The notes: generated from the sequence alone by a model not told the origin. 64,000 bases of DNA from Patescibacteria group bacterium (GCA_026004595.1 BPJL01000007.1:12460-76459), one strand, 5' to 3'; counted from the first letter of the stretch, positions 1 to 11,298 are shown. Made by a program: numbers and translations.

Positions 1-2
1 TT

Positions 3-398
3 TACACGGGAATACAAAGCATCAAGACCTATGACTATCTGGTTGTAGTAACTGATAACAGCTGGATAGGAGTAAAAAACGGCAAATTTTACTATCACGG
101 ACTTCACCCATCATGTTATCACGAGTTTAAGCTTGTTGAGATAGCAGTAGAGGAGTATATCAAAGCAAGAATAACTGGAGTAAAAGAGATACCTATTAGC
201 TCTTTTATCAACAACTTAGAAGAAATCAACATTGATAAGCTAAAGTTAACAAGAGAGGGAAAAGAGTATATCATAACAAACGATGGACCAATGCTAGTTG
301 ATAAAGTCGAATTAAAAGACGCTAATCTTAACTACTATTCCAACTACCTCGCTCGAATACTGGCTAGAATAGAAATGCTTTTTAATCGCCGATCTTAG
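3..398 (+). CDS. hypothetical protein, 5'-truncated by the window edge
   Basis: Frame 3 is open from base 3 (YTGIQSIKTYDYLVVV...) to TAG at 396-398; read manually, not in the ORF track. Confidence 0.65.
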   Translation, partial: YTGIQSIKTYDYLVVVTDNSWIGVKNGKFYYHGLHPSCYHEFKLVEIAVEEYIKARITGVKEIPISSFINNLEEINIDKLKLTREGKEYIITNDGPMLVDKVELKDANLNYYSNYLARILARIEMLFNRRS

Positions 399-609
399 GG
401 AAAGAAGAGTACCATGATTTTTTCGCTGCTTCTGCTGTAACCTTTGCGAGTTCCCTAAAGGTTAAAATTTCTCTACTTTTAATTAGGTCATAACCAGCAA
501 TGATAGCAGCTTTTAACGCGTTTAACTTTTTTTCTTCGTTCTCCATTTCCATTATAAATCTACTAGGAATATAAGAATATCCTTTTGTGGTAATGTCTTC
601 CTCGCTCAT
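382..609 (-). CDS. small hypothetical protein
   Basis: 75-aa ORF; ATG in the CAGTTAAAATG context shared with the upstream gene. Confidence 0.6.
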   Translation of the reverse strand: MSEEDITTKGYSYIPSRFIMEMENEEKKLNALKAAIIAGYDLIKSREILTFRELAKVTAEAAKKSWYSSFPKIGD

Positions 610-643
610 TTTAACTGGTTATATTTTATGTATAGATTGATGT

Positions 644-1861
644 TTAAAACTCTATTATTATTTCCCATTTTTTGTATCTTATCGTGATCCTAATTCTTCT
701 TGTTAGTTTAATATTGTCTTTTACTGCCTTAAGGATCTTTTTTATTTTATCTATAACACCAGCACTAAGTGACTTCTCTAGCCTTTTAGCAACAATCAAC
801 TCCAGAGCATCAAGGTTGGGAACGATTGTTCTTTCTATATCAGCAAACAACATTGAATAAGAGTAAGTCAGCTCTTTATGTAACTCATCAAAGGTACGTT
901 TACTTTTAAGAACATTAACTGTTAAAATAAAGTCCGTGTTAAGTGAACGTATTAGTATCCTTTGTACTACAGGGTCATCATATAACTTATCTGAAGGCAA
1001 AGTTGCTAAATATTGAAAAATACTTATAGCTTTAATCATATCAGGATGATTTAGAAAAGTATTATACATCTGAACGTAGACACTATAAAAATCGCGTATC
1101 GTTTCTGGATGTGTCGGTTTTTTCAACCATTCTATGTATATGTCTATTGTATCGCTGTCTAGTTCATATATCAATGTTAGATATTTCTTTATTAATTCTG
1201 ACAGAATACCAAGTGAACTGATTTTTTCTGCTAATTTCAGCAGCGGACCCGATATGGCATTCTTATTGCCAAATGCGATAAAAAAAACATATGGATTTCC
1301 TAGATTATAAAAAAACTCTGGTGAGTCATTATATATTTCGTGATATTTATCAGTTATTTTACCATTATCATTAATCAGCAATTTAATTAAAGGTGTTGTT
1401 GAGTTTTCTTCGTAGTATGAATTAGCAAGATCAGGATTCTCTATAAGATATGGAAAGTAAAAAACATTTTTGTGCCTGTTACCATCTTCATCGATAAAAT
1501 CAAAATTTTTACCTTTATTCCTAGCAGGAATAATGAATGAAGTCAGCACATCAACTTTCTTCATTTTTTCATTAACGTCGTTTACATTATCGTAATATCC
1601 AACATACATAGAATACAAAAAATATTTAACAAAAAGAACGTATAGTCTATCTTTATATTTATCACCTTCATAGTACTTTTGTCCAACCAATCTTAAAAGA
1701 TTATAAATGGCATAATGATTTCTTTCTGAAATATCGATCTCCTCATTATTACCCAATTGGATTACATCATATTCTTCAAAGGGAAGTCTTTTAGTAAATG
1801 ATTCTATTAAAAATTCTCTTAAAAAGTCATCTGTATTATCAAATGATATTTTCCTCAACAT
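644..1861 (-). CDS. hypothetical protein (405 aa)
   Basis: Long ORF with CAGTTAAAATG start context; no motif recognised. Confidence 0.8.
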   Translation of the reverse strand: MLRKISFDNTDDFLREFLIESFTKRLPFEEYDVIQLGNNEEIDISERNHYAIYNLLRLVGQKYYEGDKYKDRLYVLFVKYFLYSMYVGYYDNVNDVNEKMKKVDVLTSFIIPARNKGKNFDFIDEDGNRHKNVFYFPYLIENPDLANSYYEENSTTPLIKLLINDNGKITDKYHEIYNDSPEFFYNLGNPYVFFIAFGNKNAISGPLLKLAEKISSLGILSELIKKYLTLIYELDSDTIDIYIEWLKKPTHPETIRDFYSVYVQMYNTFLNHPDMIKAISIFQYLATLPSDKLYDDPVVQRILIRSLNTDFILTVNVLKSKRTFDELHKELTYSYSMLFADIERTIVPNLDALELIVAKRLEKSLSAGVIDKIKKILKAVKDNIKLTRRIRITIRYKKWEIIIEF

Positions 1862-1974
1862 TTTAACTGTGTTATTTTTTTATATCGAAATCGAGTGTGT
1901 AATTGTTTGTAAGATAAAGACACGGAGCTTTAAACGGAAAAGTTGTTATAAACATAAACTTAAACATTTTAACA

Positions 1975-4900
1975 AATCAAAAGCGTGTTAAAAGGGTTTA
2001 AGTTTTCCAAAAACCAATTAAGCCCGGCTATATCCCGTGTGATTTCTATATTATTTTTTGTGAACAGTTTGTGTAAAAAGTGAGCAGTATATACCATCTA
2101 GTGGCCATAAAAACATGCTTTTTACATCGGGAAGTAGTAGGGTAAAAAAGCATGTTTTTAACAGTTTTTGATCAAAGTTTATCACGAGAATAGTTTTTTT
2201 AAAAAAGAGTGTTTAAGAAAGTGTTTAGAAAAGTGCTTAGGAGAATCACTTAATCAAAGTTTGTTTAAGGGTTTAAAGCACACTAAACGTGTCCCGAAGA
2301 CCAATTATCACCAGCTATATCCCGTGTGATTTCTATATTATTTTTTGTGAACAGTTTGTGTAAAAAGTGAGCAGTATATACCATCTAGTGGCCATAAAAA
2401 CATGCTTTTTACATCGGGAAGTAGTAGGGTAAAAAAGCATGTTTTTAACAGTTTTTGATCAAAGTTTTATCACGAGAATAGTTTTTTTAAAAAGACTGTT
2501 TTAGAAAGTGTTTATCGAAAAGTGCTTAGGAGAATCACTTGATCAAAGTTTGTTTAAGGGTTTAAAGCACACTAAACGTGTCCCGAAGACCAATTATCAC
2601 CAGCTACATCCCGTGTGATTTCTATATTATTTTTTGTGAACAGTTTGTGTAAAAAGTGAGCAGTATATACCATCTAGTGGCCATAAAAACATGCTTTTTA
2701 TAACGGGATATACTGGGATAAAAAAGTATGTTTTTGGCGTTTTTTGATCAAGTTTTATCACGAGAATAGTTTTTTTTAAAAAGACTGTTTTAGAAAGTGT
2801 TTATCGAAAAGTGCTTAGGAGAATCACTTAATCAAAGTTTGTTTAAGGGTTTAAAGATCATCAAGCATGTCTCACAGACTAATTATCACCAGCTATATCC
2901 CGTGTGATTTCTATATTATTTTTTTGTGAACAGTTGTGTAAAAAGTGAGCAGTATATACCATCTAGTGGCCATAAAAACATGCTTTTTACATCGGGAAGT
3001 AGTAGGGTAAAAAAGCATGTTTTTAACAGTTTTTGATCAAAGTTTTATCACGAGAATAGTTTTTTTAAAAAGACTGTTTTAGAAAGTGTTTATCGAAAAG
3101 TGCTTAGGAGAATCACTTGATCAAAGTTTGTTTAAGGGTTTAAAGCACACTAAACGTGTCCCGAAGACCAATTATCACCAGCTACATCCCGTGTGATTTC
3201 TATATTATTTTTTGTGAACAGTTTGTGTAAAAAGTGAGCAGTATATACCATCTAGTGGCCATAAAAACATGCTTCTTTCAACGGGATATACTGGGATAAA
3301 AAAGTATGTTTTTAACGTTTTTTGATCAAAGTTTTATCACGAGAATAGTTTTTTTAAAAAAGAGTGTTTAAGAAAGTGTTTAGAAAAGTGCTTAGGAGAA
3401 TCACTTAATCAAAGTTTGTTTAAGGGTTTAAAGATCATCAAGCATGTCTCACAGACTAATTATCACCAGCTATATCCCGTGTGATTTCTATATTATTTTT
3501 TTGTGAACAGTTGTGTAAAAAGTGAGCAGTATATACCATCTAGTGGCCATAAAAACATGCTTTTTACATCGGGAAGTAGTAGGGTAAAAAAGCATGTTTT
3601 TAACAGTTTTTGATCAAAGTTTTATCACCGTCAAAATTATTTTTAAAAAGTCTTTTTAAGAGAGTGTTTATCGAAAAGTGCTTAGGAGAATCACTTGATC
3701 AAAGTTTGTTTAAGGGTTTAAAGCACACTAAACGTGTCTCACAGACCAATTAAGCCCGGCTATATCCCGTGTGATTTCTATATTATTTTTTGTGAACAGT
3801 TTGTGTAAAAAGTGAGCAGTATATACCATCTAGTGGCCATAAAAACATGCTTTTTACATCGGGAAGTAGTAGGGTAAAAAAGCATGTTTTTAACAGTTTT
3901 TGATCAAAGTTTTATCACGAGAATAGTTTTTTTAAAAAGACTGTTTTAGAAAGTGTTTATCGAAAAGTGCTTAGGAGAATCACTTAATCAAAGTTTGTTT
4001 AAGGGTTTAAAGCACACTAAACGTGTCCCGAAGACCAATTATCACCAGCTATATCCCGTGTGATTTCTATATTATTTTTTGTGAACAGTTTGTGTAAAAA
4101 GTGAGCAGTATATACCATCTAGTGGCCATAAAAACATGCTTTTTACATCGGGAAGTAGTAGGGTAAAAAAGCATGTTTTTAACAGTTTTTGATCAAAGTT
4201 TTATCACCGTCAAAATTATTTTTAAAAAGTCTTTTTAAGAGAGTGTTTATAGAAAGTGCTTAGGAGAATCACTTGATCAAAGTTTGTTTAAGGGTTTAAA
4301 GCACACTAAACGTGTCCCGAAGACCAATTATCACCAGCTACATCCCGTGTGATTTCTATATTATTTTTTGTGAACAGTTTGTGTAAAAAGTGAGCAGTAT
4401 ATACCATCTAGTGGCCATAAAAACATGCTTTTTATAACGGGATATACTGGGATAAAAAAGTATGTTTTTGGCGTTTTTTGATCAAGTTTTATCACGAGAA
4501 TAGTTTTTTTTAAAAAGACTGTTTTAGAAAGTGTTTATCGAAAAGTGCTTAGGAGAATCACTTGATCAAAGTTTGTTTAAGGGTTTAAAGATCATCAAGC
4601 ATGTCTCACAGACTAATTATCACCAGCTATATCCCGTGTGATTTCTATATTATTTTTTTGTGAACAGTTTGTGTAAAAAGTGAGCAGTATATACCATCTA
4701 GTGGCCATAAAAACATGCTTTTTACAACGGGATATACTGGGATAAAAAAGCATGTTTTTAACGTTTTTTGATCAAAGTTTATCACGAGAATAGTTTTTTT
4801 TAAAAAAGACTGTTTTAGAAAGGTGTTTATCGAAAAGTGCTTAGGAGAATCACTTGATCAAAGTTTGTTTAAGGGTTTAAAGCACACTAAACGTGTCCCG

Positions 4901-5530
4901 AAGACCAATTATCACCAGCTACATCCCGTATGATTTCTATATTATTTTTTGTGAACAGTTTGTGTAAAAAGTGAGCAGTATATACCATCTAGTGGCCATA
5001 AAAACATGCTTTTTACAACGGGATATACTGGGATAAAAAAGCATGTTTTTGGCGTTTTTTGATCAAGTTTTATGACCGTCAAAACTATTTTTAAAAAGTC
5101 TTTTTAAGAGAGTGTTTATAGAAAGTGCTTAGGAGAATCACTTGATCAAAGTTTGTTTAAGGGTTTAAAGACCACTAAGCGTATAACGCGAACCAATTAT
5201 CACCAGCTATATCCCGTGTATTTTCTATATTATTTTTCTTAAAAAAAACTTATTAAAAACAAGCAATACCATCTAGTGGCCACAGCTTTAGCTCTCAACG
5301 GGAGTTAACGGTGTAAAAAAGTATGTTTTTAACGTTTTTTGATCAAAGTTTATCACGGTCAACAAAACTGTTTAAGCGTCTCACAAACCAATTAAGACCG
5401 ACTATATCACGTGTGTTTTATATTCTTTGCATAAAGCTTTGATATCATGTGGCCATAAAAGCGTGTTTTATCACGAGATATTAAAACTGGATGTGCTTCG
5501 GCGATATCAAAGCGTGTTTTAGGTGGTGCT
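1975..5530 (+). repeat. tandem repeat array 1: ~12 copies of a ~289-bp AT-rich unit plus degenerate edges
   Basis: Anchor CCATCTAGTGGCCA recurs at ~2094, 2381, 2670, 2959, 3248, 3536, 3826, 4115, 4404, 4694, 4985 and 5269. Units carry the inverted repeat TAAAAACATGCTTTTT..AAAAAGCATGTTTTTA and usually two TGATCA palindromes. No long ORF. Confidence 0.97.
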
Positions 5531-5567
5531 TATCAAATTATGATTTAAAGTGGATCTTTAAAACACG

Positions 5568-6308
5568 ATGAAAAAAGCCATACTATCTGTTTTTGATTAC
5601 TCAGCTGTACCTCAGTTTTCTCATTTACCCTCTGCTGAAAGAGATTTGAGTCTAGCTTTCAAGATAGCAAAAGAGATATTAAAAATAGATGACATAACTG
5701 TTATCACTGATATCGACGTGACTAGCGGTTACAATATTATTAAACTGGATTACCCTGATAAAACAGCTGTTGTGAGGGAACTCAAAAGGATTGTAAAAAA
5801 CACGAGTAAACCGACTGACGTTTTTGTGTACTTTTCTTGTCACGGTGTTAAAAACGCTCTCTGTTTCTCTAATGAACTTTTTAGTTCAAAAGAGTTTTTT
5901 GATATATTTTTCAATAACGGATTACCCATTGGATCAACCATGCTAGTTGTTTTTGATACCTGTCATTCAGGTAGCATGAGTGATTTTCACTTCAGATATG
6001 ACCCCTTTACTAGGACGATGGAGAAAACAAAAGAGCTACCGACTGGCATCTATTATCCTTTGTCCGTTTCACTTTCAGCATCAGACGATGATAGAAAAGC
6101 AATTTCGACTCATAAAGGGTCGCCTTTTACTTATACGTTATACAGGCTTCTTAATGAACTGGACTGCGGGATAACAATAGAACAGTTGCATGACAGACTA
6201 TATGAAATGTTACCGACTGTTGCAAGGATTATGAACCCTACTATCTGTTCTACATCATCGAGGGAAAGAGCAAAGATACCGTTTTTTCATAATCTGGATA
6301 ACTGTTAA
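5568..6308 (+). CDS. metacaspase (peptidase C14)
   Basis: VFVYFSCHG (catalytic His) and VVFDTCHSG (catalytic Cys); downstream LSAS..D and GSPFT motifs typical of metacaspases. Confidence 0.85.
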   Translation: MKKAILSVFDYSAVPQFSHLPSAERDLSLAFKIAKEILKIDDITVITDIDVTSGYNIIKLDYPDKTAVVRELKRIVKNTSKPTDVFVYFSCHGVKNALCFSNELFSSKEFFDIFFNNGLPIGSTMLVVFDTCHSGSMSDFHFRYDPFTRTMEKTKELPTGIYYPLSVSLSASDDDRKAISTHKGSPFTYTLYRLLNELDCGITIEQLHDRLYEMLPTVARIMNPTICSTSSRERAKIPFFHNLDNC

Positions 6309-6348
6309 GATCTTTTTTTTGAAACATCATTTAAATGTTAATAGTAAA

Positions 6349-9300
6349 ATGGACAAAAATTTTTTCGTTGTTACGTTAAGTAGTAATGACTATTTACAGT
6401 CGAAAGAAAGAAACACAATCCCCCCTCTTCCGACAACTGAAAAATCAGAGTTTTATCTCCCTCGTGATTGGGATATGCTTCTCAGTATTTTAAAGAACAG
6501 AGCAAATATGTATATTACTGACTCGTTAAGAACCCAGAAAAATTTATCCGTTTTGAAGAAAGCTATGGGTAACTTGGACTGGCTGAATGATCTTTATAAT
6601 GACCAGTTAAACAATGCAATAAAACAGAATAACTTTGTACTTATAGGAGACATAAAGAATGTACTTGCGACCTTTGCCAAGAAACATCATGTGATTAAAC
6701 TGGATCTTCTTGAGACAATAAACACTAAGATACTTGATATTGTCGATGCGATTTTACAAAAAGAAGAAAACATCGAGTTTCAAAGAAACATTGAACAGTT
6801 AAGGGCTCTAAGAAGTGAAATAAACACTGATATTTTAAGCGAGGTTAACATTAAAGGAGTTGTAGTAGACGTGTCTAACATGATTGGAAGAAAATATGAC
6901 ATGTTAAGAATGGTAAAAACTGAAGACGCAGAAACAGCAAAACTTTTCCTCAGAGTAAGACAACGGTTGGTTGATTTTTTTAGGAAAAAAGGCTGTTCAA
7001 TAAGAACAGTAGGTGGTCTTCAGGCCAGGATAGATGATATAGAAGTGTATCAGTACGATGTTTCTAACAGACATTTAACTAAATTTTTGGAAGAAAACCT
7101 ATATCAAGAAGCCAAAGTTAACACTGATGTTGGAATTAAGCGTGAACGCAAACGCGAACGCGAACGCGAACGCAAGCGTAAACGTAAACTTGAACGTGGA
7201 AAGAAAAAAGAAACCGAACGTAAAGCCAAAGCCAGAGCCAGAGCAGAACGTAAAGCCAAAGCTAAAGCTGAAGCTGACGTTGAAGAGTTAGCCAAATCTG
7301 ACGGTGAAGCTGAAGCATTAGCCAAAGCTGAAGAGTTAGCCAAAGCCAAAGCTGAAGCTGACGGTGATACCGAAGGCGAAGCCAAAGCGTTAGCCAAAGC
7401 TGAAGCCGAAGCGTTAGCCAAAGCTGAAGCTGACGGTGATACCGAAGGCGAAGCCGAAGGCGAAGCCAAAGCGTTAGCCAAAGCTGAAGCCGAAGCGTTG
7501 ACCGGAGCGTTGGATGAAGCGTCACCGTCAGACAAAGACGAAGCCGTAACCAGCGACACTGACAGCGACGCCGGTGCCGAGCCAAAAAGTTTTGGAGAAG
7601 AAGCTATAGAAGAGATCCTCAAGAAATCAGGCGTTTCTTATGAAACACTTGAAGAGATATTTTCTGGTTCTTTAAGTGTGAAAGATGCTTCAAAGTATTT
7701 AAGAGAAGTAATAATCTGTTTACCATCGGCTGAAATATATAACCTGATTAAATCTGCTCAGATAAAGCCGGTGGAGTTTGTTCTCAAGCCGTGGCAGAAA
7801 ACGTTTTACGAGAAAATCATCAAAGGTGAGTCAGTGATTGTTATTTCTTCTACTTCCACTGGTAAAACATTTATAGCCATGTCAAGCATTGAAGCGATAA
7901 TAAGTGACGAAGACTTTGAAAGTAGCGTGTGTTTCATTGCTCCAACTTTTGACCTCGCTTTCCAACTTTTCAACAACTCATTTATAACCATGATGAACCC
8001 TATGAAAAAGATTGGATTTATAACGGAAAAGGCAATCTTCCTGCCTGAAAATGTTGACAGTGTTAAAATCTGGATTGGAACACCTGTACCCGTTTGGACT
8101 TTCTTCAAAACAAACAACATAACTGCTGAAAGAATATTTATCGACGAGATACATACTATAGCAACCAACTTGGGAGACAAAATCATTTCAGAAGCGATCT
8201 ACAACATTGCCAAAACGGGAAAACAGTTAGTGGGACTTTCTGCTACGATAAGGAACGAAGACTTAACAAGACTGATTGAGTTTCTTGACAAAAACATAAT
8301 AATTATCAGAGGACATGAAGAAAGACCTGTTAGACTGGAACGTGAAAGACTAAACCAGCTCTATGAAGATCCAGAGGAACTGTTTTGGTTTATTAAAAAC
8401 GAACTTCTTGGTAAAGAGAGAACACCTGCTGTGATTTTTGAAGAGGATGATAAAACGTGTCTTGAACAGTACAGAAAGTTGGTAGAGTGGCTGGATAAAA
8501 CCAATTCACATGAATTTGGAGAGTGTATAAATATGGGAAGAGAGTTTGAAATGGAGTTAAACGATCAGCTTGAACGTTTGAAAGCGTACGATGATCAAGA
8601 AGATGATATAAAGAACCTAGCTATATCCAAAATGAAAAAGAGGTTCAGAAACAAGATGGTAAACCTTATAGCAAAAGTGCTAAGAGGCCATTATAACATA
8701 AAGATTAAGCTTACACAAGGTGAGATTGATACGCTGAAAAGTATACTTTTTCCACCTAAGACAAAAAAACCCAAAAAGATTATCATCAAAAAGGTAAAAA
8801 AGAAGGAAGAGTCATCGTCTTCAGAAGAGACGATTGACGAAAGTAAACTTTCTATCGAGGAAATGCGAAGACTGAGAAAAAAGAGAAAGAAAAAAGAGAA
8901 AGAGGAGCGAATTCGTAAAAAGGAGAAGGAACAAGAAGAACTTGAAGAGATAGAAAGACTAAAGACGGCAGAGAAAGAAAAATCAAGAAGGATTCTTTTA
9001 TCAACCATAAGCAACCAAGCCGTACACAATATATCATTAGAAAACATTGAGTATTTTCCCGTTTGCATAAGGGACATTCTAAGAGACTACAATTCAAATA
9101 GACCTTTTTATGATGAGGTTAGTCACTTCTTTAAAATAAGTGAGGGTATTGACAGAGAAGACTTTATCATGATGAAAAAATCACTAGAAGATAAAGTTGC
9201 GATTTTTACTAGCAGAAAGAGTAAAGGTGAGAATGAGTCCTACAAAGAACCAGATAAAGAACTGTTTATACAGTCACCGAAAAAGAGAAAGTCAGACATA

Positions 9301-10128
9301 TACGACAATCTTGTTTCCGCGGAAAAGATAAGAAAATCTGAACTTGTTGACCTTGTTACACTTCTGATAAAAGGGTTAAAGTTTGGCGTTGGAATCATTT
9401 TACCATCTCTTCCTTTTGTTTTTTATGTCTTTATCATCAAGCTTCTAGCACAGAAAAAGATTCAGCTTATTTTTACTACTAAAGTCTTTTCTGTTGGTAT
9501 AGACTATCCGATCAAAACAGTGGTGATAAGAACAAGAAACGCAAAAAACATAGAGTTGGTACAGATGGAGGGAAGAGCAGGCAGGTGGAGAAGTCAAGAC
9601 GTTGGTTTTGTTTATCACTGGCAGGACTTACCTCACGTTGGAGATACTGAAGTTTTTGAGTCACTTGAGTTTCCATCAAAGGCTGGAACCGGGATGAGAC
9701 TGGGTGACGCGTTTGCCATAGCCGAAGAGATAGAAAAGAACAGGTTTCATGGAGAGACCGTGGGAATGGGTTCTAACTCTATTTTAAGCGCTCTTAACAG
9801 ACTTGATGGAAAAGATGAAGGCGGTTCAGTTGATATGCTAAAGATAAGGAGAACACTTGGAGGAATAAACAATCATTTTATCGTAGAAGATGTAGAAGAG
9901 TACATGGTAGTGATTGATGTTGTTGAACTGATTATCAACAACAAGATAACTCCAGATATAAAGGACAACAAATATGACCATATAAAGAAGATACAGAAAT
10001 ACAAACTTCTTATCCAGGAGTTATACATAAGAACATCAAATACAAAAAATCTTAACTACCTTGAACTTCTGAAATCAGTTTATGAACTGTTCCACAGGGT
10101 AGAAAAGAAGCTATTGTTAATACGATAA
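6349..10128 (+). CDS. SF2 (Ski2-like DExH) helicase with a low-complexity N-terminal insert
   Basis: Motif I SSTSTGKT, II FIDEIH, III GLSAT, V FSVGID, VI QMEGRAGR. ATG at 6349 (TAAAATG) is preferred over TTG at 6319. Confidence 0.88.
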   Translation: MDKNFFVVTLSSNDYLQSKERNTIPPLPTTEKSEFYLPRDWDMLLSILKNRANMYITDSLRTQKNLSVLKKAMGNLDWLNDLYNDQLNNAIKQNNFVLIGDIKNVLATFAKKHHVIKLDLLETINTKILDIVDAILQKEENIEFQRNIEQLRALRSEINTDILSEVNIKGVVVDVSNMIGRKYDMLRMVKTEDAETAKLFLRVRQRLVDFFRKKGCSIRTVGGLQARIDDIEVYQYDVSNRHLTKFLEENLYQEAKVNTDVGIKRERKRERERERKRKRKLERGKKKETERKAKARARAERKAKAKAEADVEELAKSDGEAEALAKAEELAKAKAEADGDTEGEAKALAKAEAEALAKAEADGDTEGEAEGEAKALAKAEAEALTGALDEASPSDKDEAVTSDTDSDAGAEPKSFGEEAIEEILKKSGVSYETLEEIFSGSLSVKDASKYLREVIICLPSAEIYNLIKSAQIKPVEFVLKPWQKTFYEKIIKGESVIVISSTSTGKTFIAMSSIEAIISDEDFESSVCFIAPTFDLAFQLFNNSFITMMNPMKKIGFITEKAIFLPENVDSVKIWIGTPVPVWTFFKTNNITAERIFIDEIHTIATNLGDKIISEAIYNIAKTGKQLVGLSATIRNEDLTRLIEFLDKNIIIIRGHEERPVRLERERLNQLYEDPEELFWFIKNELLGKERTPAVIFEEDDKTCLEQYRKLVEWLDKTNSHEFGECINMGREFEMELNDQLERLKAYDDQEDDIKNLAISKMKKRFRNKMVNLIAKVLRGHYNIKIKLTQGEIDTLKSILFPPKTKKPKKIIIKKVKKKEESSSSEETIDESKLSIEEMRRLRKKRKKKEKEERIRKKEKEQEELEEIERLKTAEKEKSRRILLSTISNQAVHNISLENIEYFPVCIRDILRDYNSNRPFYDEVSHFFKISEGIDREDFIMMKKSLEDKVAIFTSRKSKGENESYKEPDKELFIQSPKKRKSDIYDNLVSAEKIRKSELVDLVTLLIKGLKFGVGIILPSLPFVFYVFIIKLLAQKKIQLIFTTKVFSVGIDYPIKTVVIRTRNAKNIELVQMEGRAGRWRSQDVGFVYHWQDLPHVGDTEVFESLEFPSKAGTGMRLGDAFAIAEEIEKNRFHGETVGMGSNSILSALNRLDGKDEGGSVDMLKIRRTLGGINNHFIVEDVEEYMVVIDVVELIINNKITPDIKDNKYDHIKKIQKYKLLIQELYIRTSNTKNLNYLELLKSVYELFHRVEKKLLLIR
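7138..7580 (+). repeat. GC-richer intragenic repeats coding for an RE/RK tract and AKAEA(E/D)G repeats
   Basis: CGCGAA hexamer run, then recurring GCCAAAGCTGAAGC and GACGGTGATACCGAAGGCGAA blocks. Confidence 0.85.
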
Positions 10129-10149
10129 AAACATATTCTATAATAAAAA

Positions 10150-10596
10150 ATGAGCAGACTTGAACGTTATAGTAATCCTAGAGTAATTGGTCCGGGAGTG
10201 TGGTGGTTAATTCACGCTCTTTGTGGAAAAGCCGTGAAAACAGGAGAAAAAGAAGACTTTATAATGGCATACCTTCTGATAAAGTTTATTAGAGACAATT
10301 TTCCCTGTAAAAACTGTAGAGAACATATACAGATCTTCTGTGAGAAAAACCCGATTGAGAACTTTAAGTACGGAGAAGAAAAGGAGTATGATTCAAAGGG
10401 ACTTTTCCATTGGAGTTACTTGTTACACTCCAATGCAAATAGCTATACCGGCAAAGAAAATGAGGACTACGATGATGTGCTTCAGTATTTTCTCGAAGAC
10501 AATGTTTGTCAAGACTGTGGAGAAGATGAAATCCTCTTTAAAAAAGAAGAGATTCTAAAAGGAGTGTTTCAGATGCTTCAGGGAAAGTTTGACTAG
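10150..10596 (+). CDS. Erv1/Alr-family sulfhydryl oxidase (poxvirus E10-like)
   Basis: GPGVWWLIH, FPCKNCREH (CxxC) and W..LHSNAN match the Erv/Alr FAD-binding signature. Confidence 0.9.
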   Translation: MSRLERYSNPRVIGPGVWWLIHALCGKAVKTGEKEDFIMAYLLIKFIRDNFPCKNCREHIQIFCEKNPIENFKYGEEKEYDSKGLFHWSYLLHSNANSYTGKENEDYDDVLQYFLEDNVCQDCGEDEILFKKEEILKGVFQMLQGKFD

Positions 10597-11297
10597 ATAA
10601 ATATGTTATCATCATCTGATTCAGAACTCTCTTCTTTTATTCTATAATCATCTATGTTAATCTTTGGCTGTTCAGTCTCCTCAAACAGCTCACGATACAT
10701 TAAAAACATGTTGGCCCAATCATTTGGATCAACTGTTTCTGGTAAAGTGTTAAGTAAAAGATCCTGCCACTTCTTTTCCTTTGTTGCGATAAGTTTACTG
10801 TAAATAACACCAAAAGTCTTTAGCATCATGTTTCCCAGAATTTTGTTTTTTAATGTTTCAACACTGTTTTTTGCCTTAAGAAGATTAATGGCGTTGTCTA
10901 TCAGTTTTAACTTTCTGCTTTCAAGCTCTAGTTTATACTCCTCTTTTCTTATCAATGACTGTATAACTTTTAACTGTTCCGTGTTACCGTTGAGTTTTTC
11001 TTGTTGTTCCATTTCCCTTAGTCTAGAGAGGTTACCCATCTCAAGAGAGGTAATCTCCTTTTTCAAAGAGCCGACAACTTCGACAAGCTTTCTACAGTTA
11101 GCTATCTCTGCTCTATATCTGTTGTACTCTTTCAAGTACGAACGTGCTTCTCTGTACACGTGGTCATCAGCAGGTTCAATAACTTTAAAGTCAGGCGTTT
11201 TAAGCAGTTCTGTAAAATATAAACTTCTATTCTGGTTTACTTTGACTATATCTGATTCATCAAACATGTTTTCTATAGAAGTATATTTTTTTAACAA
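10593..11297 (-). CDS. hypothetical coiled-coil protein
   Basis: 234-aa K/E-rich ORF. Start uncertain (TTG 11297 or ATG 11267). Confidence 0.7.
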   Translation of the reverse strand: MLKKYTSIENMFDESDIVKVNQNRSLYFTELLKTPDFKVIEPADDHVYREARSYLKEYNRYRAEIANCRKLVEVVGSLKKEITSLEMGNLSRLREMEQQEKLNGNTEQLKVIQSLIRKEEYKLELESRKLKLIDNAINLLKAKNSVETLKNKILGNMMLKTFGVIYSKLIATKEKKWQDLLLNTLPETVDPNDWANMFLMYRELFEETEQPKINIDDYRIKEESSESDDDNIFI

Positions 11298-11298
11298 A

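Noticed and set aside
1975-5530. CRISPR-like array (conserved repeat plus variable segments)
   Set aside because: The variable segments are two or three recurring alleles, not unique spacers; the period is ~289 bp; no cas-like genes are present.
7104-7622. Minus-strand Ala/Ser- and Leu/Arg-rich ORFs
   Set aside because: Antisense shadows of the helicase's low-complexity insert.
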